A stretch of DNA of 64,000 nucleotides from Octopus vulgaris (GCA_951406725.2 OX597821.1:78058001-78122000), one strand, 5' to 3'. Shown: positions 1-12,733, numbered from the stretch's first letter. Notes: a model not told the origin generated them from the sequence alone. Numbers and translations: made by a program.

Positions 1-105
1 GTTTGCACAATTCTTTATATGAGTTTGTGTGTTGAAGCACATATATTTTTAAAGGATACAGTTTAAATTTTTTATTTACACCTTTCATTTTCCTTTCTTT
101 TCCAG

Positions 106-1145
106 GCCCACAAAATAGTGTTAGCTGCTGCCAGTCCATATTTTCGTGCCATGTTCACTGGTGGAATGAAAGAGGAAGATATGACCGAGATTCCTTTGCA
201 CTGCATATCCCCATGCATACTTGGTATTCTTATCAATTTCGCCTACACCTCTGAAATCCAAATCAACGAGATGAATGTTTGCCAGTTGCTGCCAGCTGCT
301 ACTATGTTTCAGATCACACGCATCGTCGAAGCTTGCACGGTGTTTCTCGAGCAACAGCTGGACCCTAGTAACTGCATCGGTATTGCAGACTTTGCCAGTG
401 AACATGGCTGTATGGACCTGTACAGTAAGGCAGGGGAATACATCTACCAGAACTTTTGTAAAGTAAGCAAATGTGAAGAATTTCTGATGCTTTCTCCGTG
501 TCGATTGGTCAGCCTGATCAAACACGATGAGCTAAATGTTGCCTGTGAGTCCGAAGTGTTTAATGCTGTCATTCGTTGGGTGGAGAACGACTCTGAGAAA
601 CGTCTTAGTAAGTTGGAGAGTTTACTTGGAGCTGTACGGTGCCATTTCCTTTCACCAAAGTTTTTGGAGAAACAGCTCAAGATGTGTAAATTGCTCAAGA
701 AAAATCCACAATGCCAGAGTTATTTGGCACGCATTTTTGAAGAACTAAAACTCCACAAACAGATTCCTGAAGTTTGCCGCAAGCCTTGCAAACCGATGGT
801 TATTTTCACAGCTGGAGGTTATCTCCGGCAATCTCTTAGTAACTTTGAATTCTTCAATTTAGAGACAAATGAGTGGCGGCGGTTGCCTGACCTGCCTGTA
901 CCACGTAGTGGGCTGAGTGCGTGTGTCGTGAAGGGTATTCTTTATGTTGTTGGTGGACGGAACAACTCACCTGATGGTAATATGGATTCGGCTTCCTTGG
1001 ACATGTATGACCCGTATCGGAATATGTGGAGACCTTGTGCACAGATGTCTGTGCCAAGAAATCGAGTTGGTGTTGGGACAATTGATAATATGATTTATGC
1101 TATTGGAGGTTCACATGGATCTCAACACCATGAAATTGCTGAAAG
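106..1145 (+). CDS. Keap1: Keap1 internal coding exon (BTB C-half, IVR/BACK, Kelch 1-2 and start of Kelch 3)
   Basis: Acceptor ttccag at 100-105, donor AG|gtaac at 1146. Translation [13 protein letters not shown]...[11 protein letters not shown]...AVRCH...[11 protein letters not shown]...[11 protein letters not shown]...PRNRVGVG is colinear with vertebrate KEAP1. The N-terminal exon(s) lie upstream of the window. Confidence 0.95.
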
Positions 1146-1887
1146 GTAACTTATTTTAATTTCTTATAATTCTTCTGCTTATCTATCAATTTATTAAATT
1201 TTTTTTAATGATATACAGGTGCATACATGGCTATGTGGTTAAGAAGCTTGCTTTGCAACCAAAAGTTTTTTGGTTTAGTCCTGGCAAGAGTCTTCTACTA
1301 TAGCCTGAAGCTGATCTGTACTTTTTGAATAAATTTGGTAGACAGAAACTGTGTGGAAGCCTGTCGAATATATATTATGCGTGCATGCATGTGTGTCTTT
1401 GTGTTTGATCCTGCTACCACCACTTAATAATCTGTATTTGCATTAGGGCCAGCTCAAGGTACCAGAAACTTGGGCAGTCACCTGAGACGCTATATGCTAA
1501 GGGGCGCCAAGGAGGGCATGACGAAGACAAGGAAGTTTCCACAACCATCAGCTTGTACACACTGAAGTTCAGCTTGCCTGGGGCAGCATCAACCTTAAGG
1601 CCAGCACTGATTTGCAACCCTATAATACGAAAGAAGGGTGGGATGCTGAGCACATTCTTGTAGTAGAAGAGCTACATGGTTTCTCACATTTTAGAAGTGA
1701 GGATGGGAACAATCAGTAGGAGCTAAAAATAGATAATATAATGGTGATGAGGTTTTCAGGTGGTTATTCAAGGTACAAGGTGAGTAGAATTGAGTGGGGC
1801 TGGGCTCATTCTGCAATTTAAGAGATGAGGAATTATGTCCATTATTTACATTTGAGGGATATTTGTCCTCATCTTGTTTGTTTTTAA

Positions 1888-1933
1888 AACACGACGTTTC
1901 AGCTGATATACCCTCCAGCCTTCATCAGATGTC
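1888..1933 (-). ncRNA. Minimal type I hammerhead ribozyme, intact core
   Basis: GACAU CUGAUGA A GGCUGG agggtata UCAGCU GAAAC GUC GUGUU: stem I, stem II, loopless palindromic stem III (ACGU) and a GUC cleavage triplet. Confidence 0.8.
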
Positions 1934-2147
1934 TTGGGGAAATTTTGAACCTGGGTTCTCATTCCTTAGGTATTTTTCAATGTTATTATTATTATTCAGG
2001 TCACTGCTTGGAATCGAACTTGGAATCTTGGGGTTAGTAGCCTGCGCTCTTAACCCCAAGATTCTGAGTATGATTCCAGGCTGTGACCTGAATAATAATA
2101 TCGAAAAATACTTTAGGAATGAGAACCCAGGTTTGAAATTTCCCCAA

Positions 2148-2193
2148 GACATCTGATGAAGGCTGGAGGGAATATCAGCCTAAACGTTGTGTT
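2148..2193 (+). ncRNA. Hammerhead ribozyme copy with a core mutation (G12 to U)
   Basis: GACAU CUGAUGA A GGCUGG...UCAGCC UAAAC GUU GUGUU; GAAA is changed to UAAA. Confidence 0.7.
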
Positions 2194-2380
2194 AACAACA
2201 AACAAGATGAGGACAAATATCCATCAAATGTAAATAATGTAAATAGCCGTATTATTCAGAGTCATGGGGCTGCTGTAAGGAGCTGCTGGTATAAGGATGC
2301 TATGTTATCCTCAGTAATGGTCAGTTGAAAGATTTACAAGATCTTCATCAGAAACAGTTTATGAATTGGTCTTGAATATA

Positions 2381-2628
2381 TTGGGTTGGTACATAATTAT
2401 TGCGGCTTTTTTTCAGCAAATTTTATTCAACAAAAACAATAACAATATTTAACAAAAACATCTTTAAGTGTCGTTCTCACCGCCTGCCAAGCAAATGGGA
2501 AGGAGTAATTGAAGTAGATGGTGAATATGCTCCAGAATAATCATTTTAAGATGTTTTTGTTGCATGTTGTTAATTTTTGCTGAATATAATTTGTTGAAAA
2601 AAGCCGCAATAATTATGCACCAATCCCA
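2381..2628 (+). mobile_element. Mariner-derived MITE
   Basis: TIRs ttgggttggtacataattattgcgg / ccgcaataattatgcaccaatcc with flanking TA. An internal remnant, LPSKWEGVIEVDGEYAPE*, resembles a mariner transposase C-terminus. Confidence 0.8.
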
Positions 2629-2790
2629 TAGATCTAATTATTGGCGTCAGTGTCTCCATCAAGTCCATTCTTATCATTGCTGTGATTATTAGCATTGTCA
2701 TTGACCGTATCTCTCGACCTATTGGTGTGTGTGTGCGTGCACATATTGATAATGAATGATGAGAACAGCAATTATATAACCACGTAACAA

Positions 2791-2893
2791 CTTCATTAGC
2801 TTACAGCTGTTTCTGCTACTACAAGAAGCAATGCAGTTAGAGGTGAGTGCCTGTGCAACCTCTTATAAATTCCTCAGAGCCATTAAAATGAAG
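2791..2893 (-). ncRNA. Candidate hammerhead ribozyme with branched domain II
   Basis: CUUCAUU..GGCU CUGAGGA ... GAAACAGCUGUA AGCU AAUGAAG, with palindromic stem III ACAGCUGU. The stem II closing pair is poor. Confidence 0.5.
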
Positions 2894-3145
2894 TGCGTGT
2901 TTATTTTTCAGAAAGCATTTAAATTCATAGATATGATTACATTTGGAACCGTATGTAATTCCTGTTCCCTTGTCATTAATTAATCAACATTATACTCCGT
3001 ATTCTTGCCTAACATGTTTTACCCCAGAGCCTATTTGTAATGAGTTCTAAAAACTTGTTCTTGGTATCACTATGCCTAAATGAAATCGTGTGTGTGTGTT
3101 TACATGTATGATAATCTGTAACATTTCCTTTCATCTAATTTTCAG

Positions 3146-3351
3146 ATATGATCCAGAAATAGATCGTTGGATATTAATTTCTCCTATGGAGACTAAACGG
3201 ATTGGTGTTGGTGTAGGCGTTGTCAATCGGCTATTGTATGCGGTTGGTGGCTTTGATGGAAGGAATCGTCTGTGTAGTGTTGAATGCTATCATCCTGAGA
3301 GAGATGAATGGAAATTTGTGGCACCCATGAATACAGTACGAAGTGGTGCTG
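3146..3351 (+). CDS. Keap1: Keap1 coding exon (Kelch 3-4)
   Basis: ttcag|A completes the Arg codon (phase 2). Encodes YDPEIDRW...[21 protein letters not shown]...RSGA. Donor G|gtaag at 3352. Confidence 0.95.
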
Positions 3352-4204
3352 GTAAGTACAGAAGACATTAAATTATTTGGTGTCAAATGTTTTGTTTCAA
3401 CAACTGTGAACTGATCACTGATAAAAAATAAATGTTTAAATGAAGTTTGTGCAGGTGCCACATAAAAAGTACCTGTGCTGGTGTCACATAAAAAGCATTT
3501 AGTTCACTCTGTAAAGTGGTTGGCATCAAGTAGGACATCCAGCCATAGAAACCAATGCCAAAAGAGATAATAGGATCCTAAGGAAGATGGGTTCTGAAAG
3601 GGGTCTCAGGGAGTAGCGTTCCAGCCTTCCTGAGCTAGTTTTCCACCACATTCCTTAAAAATTGTGGTAGAGGCCTTGGTCTCGGGACCACTCATGTCTA
3701 GAAACTGAGGTTGGGGGTAAGCAAGGGCACGCAACCCATAGAAAATCCAGCTCTAAAAAAGAATTATGATAGCAAAGGAGAATGGGCACCAGCCAGCCCA
3801 AAGTTTGGGGTGGGCTACACCTGCCTACCTTGGTTGTTATGGCATTGAGATAGACCCGGCCACCCCCATTAACGGGGACAAAATCTGGATTTAAAACACT
3901 GGATGATGATGATGGAGCAGCTTTCTGGCTTGCCAGCCCCAGTCAAAACCATCCAACCAATGCCAGCATGGAAAACGGACATTAGATGATGTTGATGATG
4001 TGTGTTTTTGACTGACTAAATTGTTTTAGTTTCGACATACAATTTCAGACCTGGCAAGTACACTTCTGAAAATTAAATTTAAATAATGTCAGTCATTACC
4101 AAAAATTGTAAATCTAATATTTTTCATAACTCTTTAAAAGCCATTTCTTCTGTGAGAAATTTTTGGTTAAGATATCTTTTTTTTTTTTATTGTCTTTTGT
4201 TTAG

Positions 4205-4381
4205 GTGTGATTGGTATGGAACATTATATTTATGCTGTTGGAGGCTACGACAGCCACTCACAGCTACGTTCTGTGGAAAGATATTGCACTGAAACCAATG
4301 TCTGGGAATATGTTTCTTCTATGAATAGTCCGAGGAGTGCACTTAGCGTTGCTGTTGTTGGTGGGAGACTATTTGCACTTG
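4205..4381 (+). CDS. Keap1: Keap1 coding exon (Kelch 5)
   Basis: ttag|GT (phase 1). Encodes GVIGMEHYIYAVGGYDSHSQLRSVERY...PRSALSV...LFAL. Donor G|gtaag at 4382. Confidence 0.95.
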
Positions 4382-4519
4382 GTAAGTATTTCTTAAACTA
4401 CCGTAGAAATTGACTGTTGATTCAAATTTGATTATATTGCCAAGACTACCATTTACCAAAACAAGGAAATATTTAAGATAGTTTATATACAAATATTGGC
4501 AAAATACCTTTTTGGTATA

Positions 4520-4890
4520 TACTCTTTTACTTGCTTCAGTCATTTGACTGTGGCCATGCTGGAGCACCGCCTTTAGTTGAGCAAATCGACCCCAGGACTT
4601 ATTCTTTGTAAGCCCAGTACTTATTCTATTGGTCTCTATTGCTGAACTGCTAAGTTACAGGGATGTAAACACATCAGCATCGGTTGCCAAGTGATGTTGG
4701 GGGAACAAACACACACACATACATATGATGGGCTTCTTTCAGTTTCCGTCTACCAAATCCACTCACAAGGCTTTGGTCGGCCCGAGGCTATAGTAGAAGA
4801 CACTTGCCCAAGGTGCCATGCAGTGGGACTGAACCCAGAACCATGTGGTTGGTAAGCAAGCTACTTACCACACTGCCACTCCTGCGCCTA
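4520..4890 (-). mobile_element. tRNA-derived SINE family A (head gagtggctgtgtggtaag)
   Basis: Box B-like gggttcagtccc and central caccttgggcaagtgtcttc. Other copies at about 1215-1440(+), 16107-16856(-), 26505-26932(-) and 52735-53162(+). Confidence 0.85.
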
Positions 4891-5313
4891 TATATAAAGA
4901 AATACAAATAAAGTATGGACTATTAAGTGTCCAGTAAGGTTCTGTATTTGGCTGTTATGAACCTTTTTTATGTTCATTTCTATATTGTTCTAGGCAGGTT
5001 TCAATAACACAGTTTACATGAACATATTCATTTGTGAACAGCAATGAATGCAATTGGCAGCATTTGTCTATGTAATTGCTATAGATCAGTCTCTTGAAAC
5101 ACATGTATTTTATATAAAACATGGAATGCAGCCTTGTGTCTTGGCAGATCCTGCCAAACTGCCTAACCAATGCCAGCATGAAAAACCATGATGATGATGT
5201 TGAATAAATATTATATTCGAATCTGTGTGTATGTTGAAACATTTGTATTTTTTCTGCCAAGTAATTTTTGGTTTCCATTTCTCATTTCCTTATCTCCTGT
5301 TTTCTTGTTCCAG

Positions 5314-5450
5314 GTGGATACGATGGAAATGATTTCCTTTCTTCTGTGGAATGTTATGATCCTGACACTAACTGTTGGACTAATGTGACAAACATGACCT
5401 GTGGACGGAGCGGTCATGGGGTGGCAGTAGGAGCTGAGCCGTGTTCATGA
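5314..5450 (+). CDS. Keap1: Keap1 terminal coding exon (Kelch 6 and C-terminal tail)
   Basis: ttccag|GT (phase 1). Encodes [19 protein letters not shown]...[15 protein letters not shown], with TGA at 5448-5450. Confidence 0.95.
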
Positions 5451-5639
5451 CCCATACCATCCACCCCACCAACAAGAAAAGGGGTTCCCAAAATTCAAAT
5501 AATGACTGCTGAATAGATATAGTTTGCAAATTATTATCAAAGAAACAAACATTGTGTTACTTCTGCTGTTTGTTAGAGGAGCCTCATAGAACTTCCATTC
5601 CTGCTGAACAAACGAAACTACATCCATGTCCATCTACCA

Positions 5640-5767
5640 GAATAATATAATATAATATTATATATATATATGCACATACATACGCACATACAAACACATA
5701 ATCACACGTATGTATATATCTATGTATATATATATATGCATGTGTATATGTATATATATATATATGC

Positions 5768-5803
<36 letters not shown>

Positions 5804-5870
5804 GCACACATATATATATATATATATGCATGTATGTATGTATATATATATATATATACATGTATGTATG

Positions 5871-5910
<40 letters not shown>
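5640..5910. repeat. (TA)n/(TATG)n compound microsatellite in the Keap1 3' region
   Basis: Direct inspection. It explains the overlapping low-complexity ORFs. Confidence 0.95.
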
Positions 5911-5912
<2 letters not shown>

Positions 5913-6242
5913 GGAGTGGGCAACAGCAGGTATGGCGTTGCTTAATATGGGTGGAAAAAAAAAGATGAAAAGAACATTCCACTGATATTGAGCATCTGTA
6001 TCCCTATTTTTGCCCACCCTTATCTGTATGTGTGTGTGTGTGTATATTTGGGGAAAGCTGATGATTCTCTTCGTTACTGCGACTTAATTTACCTATTATG
6101 CTGTTATTGTTCAGACAACGGAAATGTTTATCTTTTTCGTTGCTGAAATGATGATGACACTCAGGGGTTGACTCCCCGAGTTGTGATAGCGGGGATCATC
6201 AGCCCCTTCAGAGTAAATAACTTCCACAGCATTGCATCGAGT

Positions 6243-6280
<38 letters not shown>

Positions 6281-8038
6281 GTAACCTCAAACATGCACGC
6301 ATACCCATATATCTATATATTATATATGTATGTATATATGCGTGTATGGCCAGACCTTCTTGGTTGCCCACCTACTAATCCAGTTTCTTCTCTCTCCAAC
6401 ATCAAACATTTTCAGTATATTTACCTGTCAATTAGTGTCTGCTCAATCTCTACCTCCTCCTTTTTTTCTTTCTCTCTCTCCTTCTTTCCTCTCTTTTCTT
6501 CCTTCCTTCCTTTTCTCTCTTCCTTTCCCGTCTCCCTCTCTTTCCATCCCTCTTCTACCCCCCTCTTCCATAACTGCCTCCTGCTCAACCAATGCTTTAC
6601 AACAAACAATTTCTCTGCTACCTAAACAAGTTTTAGTATATTTCTGTTTCTTTTATAGAAAACAAAACAAAGACTACATTAATTTCACTTTCACAAATAA
6701 AATGACTTTTTCTCTATCAATCTAAGAATATTTCTTAATACGGATATTCTTTAATATATTGTACATGCATGTCTGTGTGCACGCACACCTGCATATGTGT
6801 GTGTCTGTATGCACGCACACTTGCGTGTGTGTGCGTGCCTGTCTCTGTGTGTGTGTTGGTGTATTTGGGAGCAACACTGCTTTCAATGCGTGTAAATTTG
6901 AAAAGATAGTCACATGTTCAGTTGGTCAGATTGATAGCTTTCTAAACCACATCTGCACCCTTTTTAAATGTAACTGTTTCGGCTGATATTTGAAGTCTTG
7001 ATATACATTGAATTTTAAAAGATTTTATTCAAAATTTGTGCCATCCAACTCTGTGTGTGCTGAGTCGGTCTGTTCAATGCCATTATAATAACAACTGTTA
7101 CCAGTGCCTTCTCAGGTGATAAAGCTGGTTGTTGTATTTACTTTTGTTACTGACATGAATTTCATGCATGGCTAATCCCTCATTTTTTTTCTCCTGAACT
7201 TTTTTATGACTTTGTCAGAAGAATAAGATTAATGATTGGTTCTTTTTCAATCTCTGAGACAATAGAAAAGAAGTTATTTCTAAACCAAAGACCTGACCCA
7301 AATGCTTGCAACTGCACACATTCCGCTAAAAGCTGTGAAGGACCGGTGGCATTAGTCTGGGTGATGCATTAATTCTGTCACCCAAGAACAGGAACTAATT
7401 TCAGTATAGTGAGGAACGGACAATATTTGGTGTTAATAATTATTAACACCATAATCTAATTATAATTAGATTATGACTCAGTTTTGATGTAAAGAAATAG
7501 AAGAAAAAGTATGATAAATATACAATGGAGTTTATACCATTTGTCCCCTAAATATTGCATCCTCTGCAATGGATGTTTATATTGCATTTGGAAATGCTTT
7601 ATTACATTACATCAACACTGATCAAATTGCTTATGTTTTCTCTGTACATTCTACTAAGTATTTCTACTAACCACACTGATTTAGCAGAAGTGGACTGGAT
7701 GATGTTACCCGACGTGCAGCTCCAAATTTACCTGTAGCAGTCCTACATCTAACTGTACACATGCAGGAAACTACCGAAGAAATGTACTAATACTTTAGAG
7801 AGGCTTAACTTTTCATTAATCAACTGGACTTATGAGCATCTTATCATATATGCATATGTATATATGTGTTTGTGTGAATGTATATATGAATATATATGTG
7901 TGCGTATGTATATATACATACACACAATATATTCATGAGTGTGTGTATATAAATTATCATTTTGTTTTTGACATTTATTTATTTATTCAAAACTGAATAG
8001 GTATTATGTTTATTCTCATTTCTCACTCTTTCTTTCTC

Positions 8039-8071
<33 letters not shown>

Positions 8072-8799
8072 TATATACATACATACACACATGTATACAT
8101 ATATGTATACATACATATATATATATATGTGTGTCTGTATTTATCCCTATTTTTTTTTTACATGTAATAAAATATCCAAAAATATTTTTCATTTCAGAAA
8201 AAGAAAAAAAAAATTCAGTTTTGAAATTAGTTCTGTAATTGAAAATAAATTTCCTATCAAATTTTTTTTTAGGATGTCTGAAAAATTAATTCCTCTTCAG
8301 TACTTAACTAATGAAAATGGCCTTTTACCTTTCAGTTCTGGTTGTTTGACAGGTTTTACAATGTCCGCCCTTGCGGACATGTTTAACTTTAGTTACTCTT
8401 TAGTTATTGGATATTTTTGTTTCAAATATTTCAAATAAGGTCAGCAGTTTTGGGGTAGGGGATAGTTGATTTCATTGACCCCCCCAGGGTATTCATTTTG
8501 ACCCTTAAAGGGTGAAAGACAAAGTTGACTGCATTTTGTCCCGTCTACTATTGATTCTACCAGTTTGCTGCCTTATGACCATAAATTAAATATCAGTTTC
8601 AAATTTTGGCACAAGACCAGCAATTCTGAGATGCAGAAAAATTGGTTATATTAATCCCAGTGCCCAACTGGTACTTGTTTTTACTGACCTCAAAAGGATG
8701 AAAGACAAAGTCAACCGTGGCAGAATTTGAACTCTGATTGTAGTGATGAGTGAGATCCTGCTGCTAACGAGCCAGCTCGCCCACCTAAAGTATTAATAT

Positions 8800-9010
8800 T
8801 AGGGAGCGAGCTGGCAGAATCGATAGCAGACCAGACGAAATGCTTAGCAGCATTTCATCCCCTTTTACATTTTGGGTTCAAATTCCATTGAGGTCAACCT
8901 TGCTTTTCATCCTTTCGGTAAAACAAGTATCAGTTGAGCTGTGGGGTCGATGTAATCGACTTAACCCCTTCCCCCAAGTTTCTGGCCTTGTGCAAACATT
9001 TGAAATCAAT
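8800..9010 (+). mobile_element. tRNA-derived SINE family B (head ggcgagctggcagaa)
   Basis: Box A/B-like motifs and body gtcgactttgcctttcatcctttcgg. Degraded minus copies at 8430-8785; others at 33877-34391, 54553-54770 and 62325-62515. Confidence 0.8.
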
Positions 9011-9894
9011 ATTAGGAAATACTGAATGGGTTAAAGATCAAGATCATGTTCCACTTGATTGAAATTTGTTACTGAATCCATTTTTGAATTTGCCAGAAAA
9101 TGGAAATGAACATTGTCTTGTAGCTTGGTCATTCATTGTTTATCCATTTCCTTCACCTGCTATCTTTAGGAGGGTCCTGGCGGTGGTTGGAGTGTATAGT
9201 CCTCAGGTCCCTCCTCTATAGGGTTATATCAGAAACAACCATCATTACCGTTTCCTGTTGGATTCCCAAGCCTGACCAACTAAGACTATGAATATCATCC
9301 AACCATCTCATTCTTGGTTGACCCCCAAGGTCTCCTGCCATTTGGTACAGCTTGAAGAATCCGTCTTGCAATTCTTTCATGCAACATTCTAATTACATGT
9401 CTGTAGTACCAGAGCTGAGAAATTCTTTCAAAAGACAAAATAATTGTTGTCTCTGATTTGAATTGAAGACATGACTCTACATTCCTGAAAGAACACCACT
9501 TTTTTCACAGTTTTTATTCTTCCAGTTGAGCTGTGGTATTTCTATTGTAACAGTTCTTGTTTCATTACAGACTAGCCATGTTGTGAATAATTATTCTTAA
9601 TGTTTTTATTACTAGCAATAAGAAACCAACAGTGGTGGTATGTAATCATCATCAACATCATTTAATGTATTGGATTGGACAGTTTGACAGGAGTTGGCAA
9701 GGCTGAAGAGATGCATCAGGCTGTAATTGTCTGCTTCAGCATAGTTTCCAAGGCTGGATATCCTTCCTAATGCCAACTACTTTACTGAGAGTACCAAGTG
9801 CTTTATGTGTGGCACCAGCACATGAGTCAGTAAGAGAGTCGCTATATGGTTACTCTTTCTATTAGATATATCATTCCAAATCACTTCAAACTGT

Positions 9895-11550
9895 CATCAT
9901 CATCATCGTTTAACATCTGCTTTCCATGCTAGCATGGGTTGGACGATTTTGACTGAGGGCTGGCGAATCAGATGGCTGCACCAGGCTCCAATCTTGATTT
10001 GGCAGAGTTTCTACAGCTGGATGCCCTTCCTAATGCCAACCACTCCGTGAGTGTGTCTTAATAATTTAAAATATGACTCGGTGGATAATGTAATCCATGA
10101 TACATTGCCTGACAAAAAGATGGATGGTCATGGAAGGAATGTATTGCTCATGAGTGTTTGAATAGAGCTGATGAAAGGCTTAACAACACAAGGAAGTTCA
10201 TTATTGAAGTTGTTGAAGAATATAGATTCAGCCAAAGGTGAAATATAAGGAATTTGATTTTGTTGTTTTCTTCATTTGTAAACAGAATGGGAATAGATTC
10301 TCTACTCACAAATCAGTTTAACTGAAAAGTCTGAGTCAAAAAAACAAAACACAAGAAGATAAATTAATTTCAATTTAGGCATCAAAAATGGTAACTGAAA
10401 TCTGAAGTGTTCTGGAAAAGAAGTGACTAATGTTCTACAAGAGGTGGTAGAATATTTGCGTGTGTATGCGTATGAGATTGTACATGAATATAATCATCGT
10501 TTAACGTCCGCTTTCCATGCTGGCATGGGTTGGATGGTTTGACTGAGGACTGGAGAGCCAGAAGGCTGCACCAAGCTCCAATGCGATCTGGCAAAGCTTC
10601 TACAGTTGGATGCCCTTTCTAACGCCAATTACTCCGAGAGTGTAGTGGGTGCTTTTACGTGCTACTGGTACATGGGCCAGTCAGGAAGTTCTGGCAATGA
10701 CCACGATTGAATGTTATTTTTTACGTGCTGGTAAGGTGACGCTGGCACTGGTGGCTGGCAACGATCTATATATTTGATTTTATGTAACTGTGTAGCATGC
10801 AAGTGAGTCTGCATAGCTAGTGTCATGCATGTACGACACAACAAATCAAGTAACATTTGAAGTTGGAAAGTTAACAATTTATGCTCTCAGTATAGGATTG
10901 TGTGTTCTGTGAGTAGAATGTTATGTTCTCTCAACAGCATGTCTATGATATTCTGTAGTTGAAGTTCATAGAAGGGGTTGTGGTTTCTTGCAGCACTGCA
11001 TGTCAAAAAGGCTGCTAGTTGAAAAGTCTCATCACTAAGTTGTATCTGGTTCTTAGGCTGTGAGAGGCTGGTTGGCTGCTGTGTTACTGCTAAAGCAACA
11101 TACTGATCAGTGATTGGTTGATGTGAATTCCATTAAATTAATTTGACTGTTGAATAAATCTGCTCGTGCTTGATCACATTGCTGGTATGGAATGTAGTTC
11201 AATTTTTATCAGGTGTACAAAGATGGTATAAAATCCATATAGATAGTACTGAAAGTGGTGGTTGCCAGTGCTGCCTGACTGGCTCCCATGCCAGTGGCAC
11301 GTATAAAGCACCATTCAAGTGTGATCGATGCCAGTAACGCCTGACTGGCTCCTGTGCCAGTGGTAAGTAAAAAGCACCCATTACACTCTTGGAGTGGTTG
11401 GTGTTAGGAAGGGCATCCAGCTGTAGAAACTTTGCCAGATCAGACTGGAACCTGGTGCAGCCTTCTGGCTTGCCACCCCTGAGTCAAACTGTCCAACCCA
11501 TGCTAGCATGGAAAGCAGATATTAAACGATGATGATGATGATGATGATGA
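9895..11550. mobile_element. Cluster of SINE family C copies with (GAT)n tails
   Basis: Shared motif ggaagggcatccagctgtagaaac and 3' end ccatgctagcatggaaagc...gatgatgat. Copies at 9895-10055(-), 10494-10760(-), 11255-11550(+), and also about 3450-3990(+) and 9650-9820(-). Confidence 0.75.
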
Positions 11551-12295
11551 TGAAAAGTATTAGGGATGCTGAAAAGAATGTAGCAGCATTTCACTTAATA
11601 ACTTCAAGTCAGCATAAAACACATCGTAAATATATTTATTCATTCAAAATATAATGGCCTTCGTTAGTAATAACGTTTCTCCACCTCAAAACTAGTTTTC
11701 CATTTCAGGTAAATCCGACTCTTCTAAAGAGAAAAATGTTTGGGGGACTGTTTCAACACTATCCCTTCTGAATGTTCTTCCATTGGTAAAGCATTGCAGT
11801 GACCCCTCCCCATCAACCAAAAAGTGAAAAATCTGATGGTGCTTGGTCTGGTGAGGTACATCTTCCTAGCCTAATGAATTTATCATTTCTTGGAATATCT
11901 TGTTGGATGCATTACTTTATTCTTGGACCACAGCTTCTGAGGTACTCCCCTTCTCTATACACTTTCCTAATCTACTTGAGATAATCTTGCACAGAGGATC
12001 AAGGCTTATTAAACCTTCGGGATAAGACTCAACACTTGCACCACCAGAATATACAGTACATACGCGTACCATTGCACATGTTACATTGTTGTTCTTACAG
12101 AAGCTGTAAAGCATGCAATGTCGAATATGTACTCCACTTAACTCTTCATCTCTCAAAAATTATCAGAGTGCACACACACAACAAGTATCCACATTAACTA
12201 TGCTGATTGGGTGGCAGCAAGGACACTTTTTATTGGCTTGTAAAATATCTGTGGCAGAGTATTTGCTAGAATATACGTTACTTTACAGTACCCCT

Positions 12296-12375
<80 letters not shown>

Positions 12376-12383
12376 AGATATAT

Positions 12384-12698
12384 AGTACTACTAGCGCGAA
12401 CAGTGGTCCCGGTGTGCGCACTCGCGCATCCGCACTAGTTAGTCGTAAGTAGTCTATATTACAACGAGTTGCGCATATGTTTGTATTTCAAGGCTGAATA
12501 CATATCAAAGAAAATTAAATAATATTTTTCGAACAAAGGAAATAAAACGCAAAGTAAATAATTTTTTAAACTAAGTAAATAAATTATTTTTATAAACAAA
12601 CTAAGGTTAGGGTTAAAAAGTCTTAGGATCGACTACTTACGTCTAGCTAGCGCGGATGCGCGAGTCCGCGCACCGGGACCACTGTTCGCTAGTAGTAC

Positions 12699-12699
<1 letters not shown>
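12384..12699. mobile_element. MITE with about 70-bp TIRs inserted in (TA)n
   Basis: gtactactagcg..cagtggtcccggtg..cgcgcatccgc / gcggatgcgcg..caccgggaccactg..cgctagtagtacc, with an internal ggttagggtta. Confidence 0.85.

Positions 12700-12733
<34 letters not shown>

Larger units (their letters stand above)
1817..2245. mobile_element. Inverted pair of tRNA-headed hammerhead elements (PLE pLTR-like) in a Keap1 intron
   Basis: A minus copy (about 1817-2054) and a plus copy (about 2051-2245) are joined inside the tRNA-like head. The same sequence occurs at 29586-29893, 56691-56880 and 59960-60292. Confidence 0.85.

Noticed and set aside
5584-6017. YI-, CV-, TH- and MYVC-rich ORFs here and throughout the window
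   Set aside because: They are translations of di- and tetranucleotide microsatellites.
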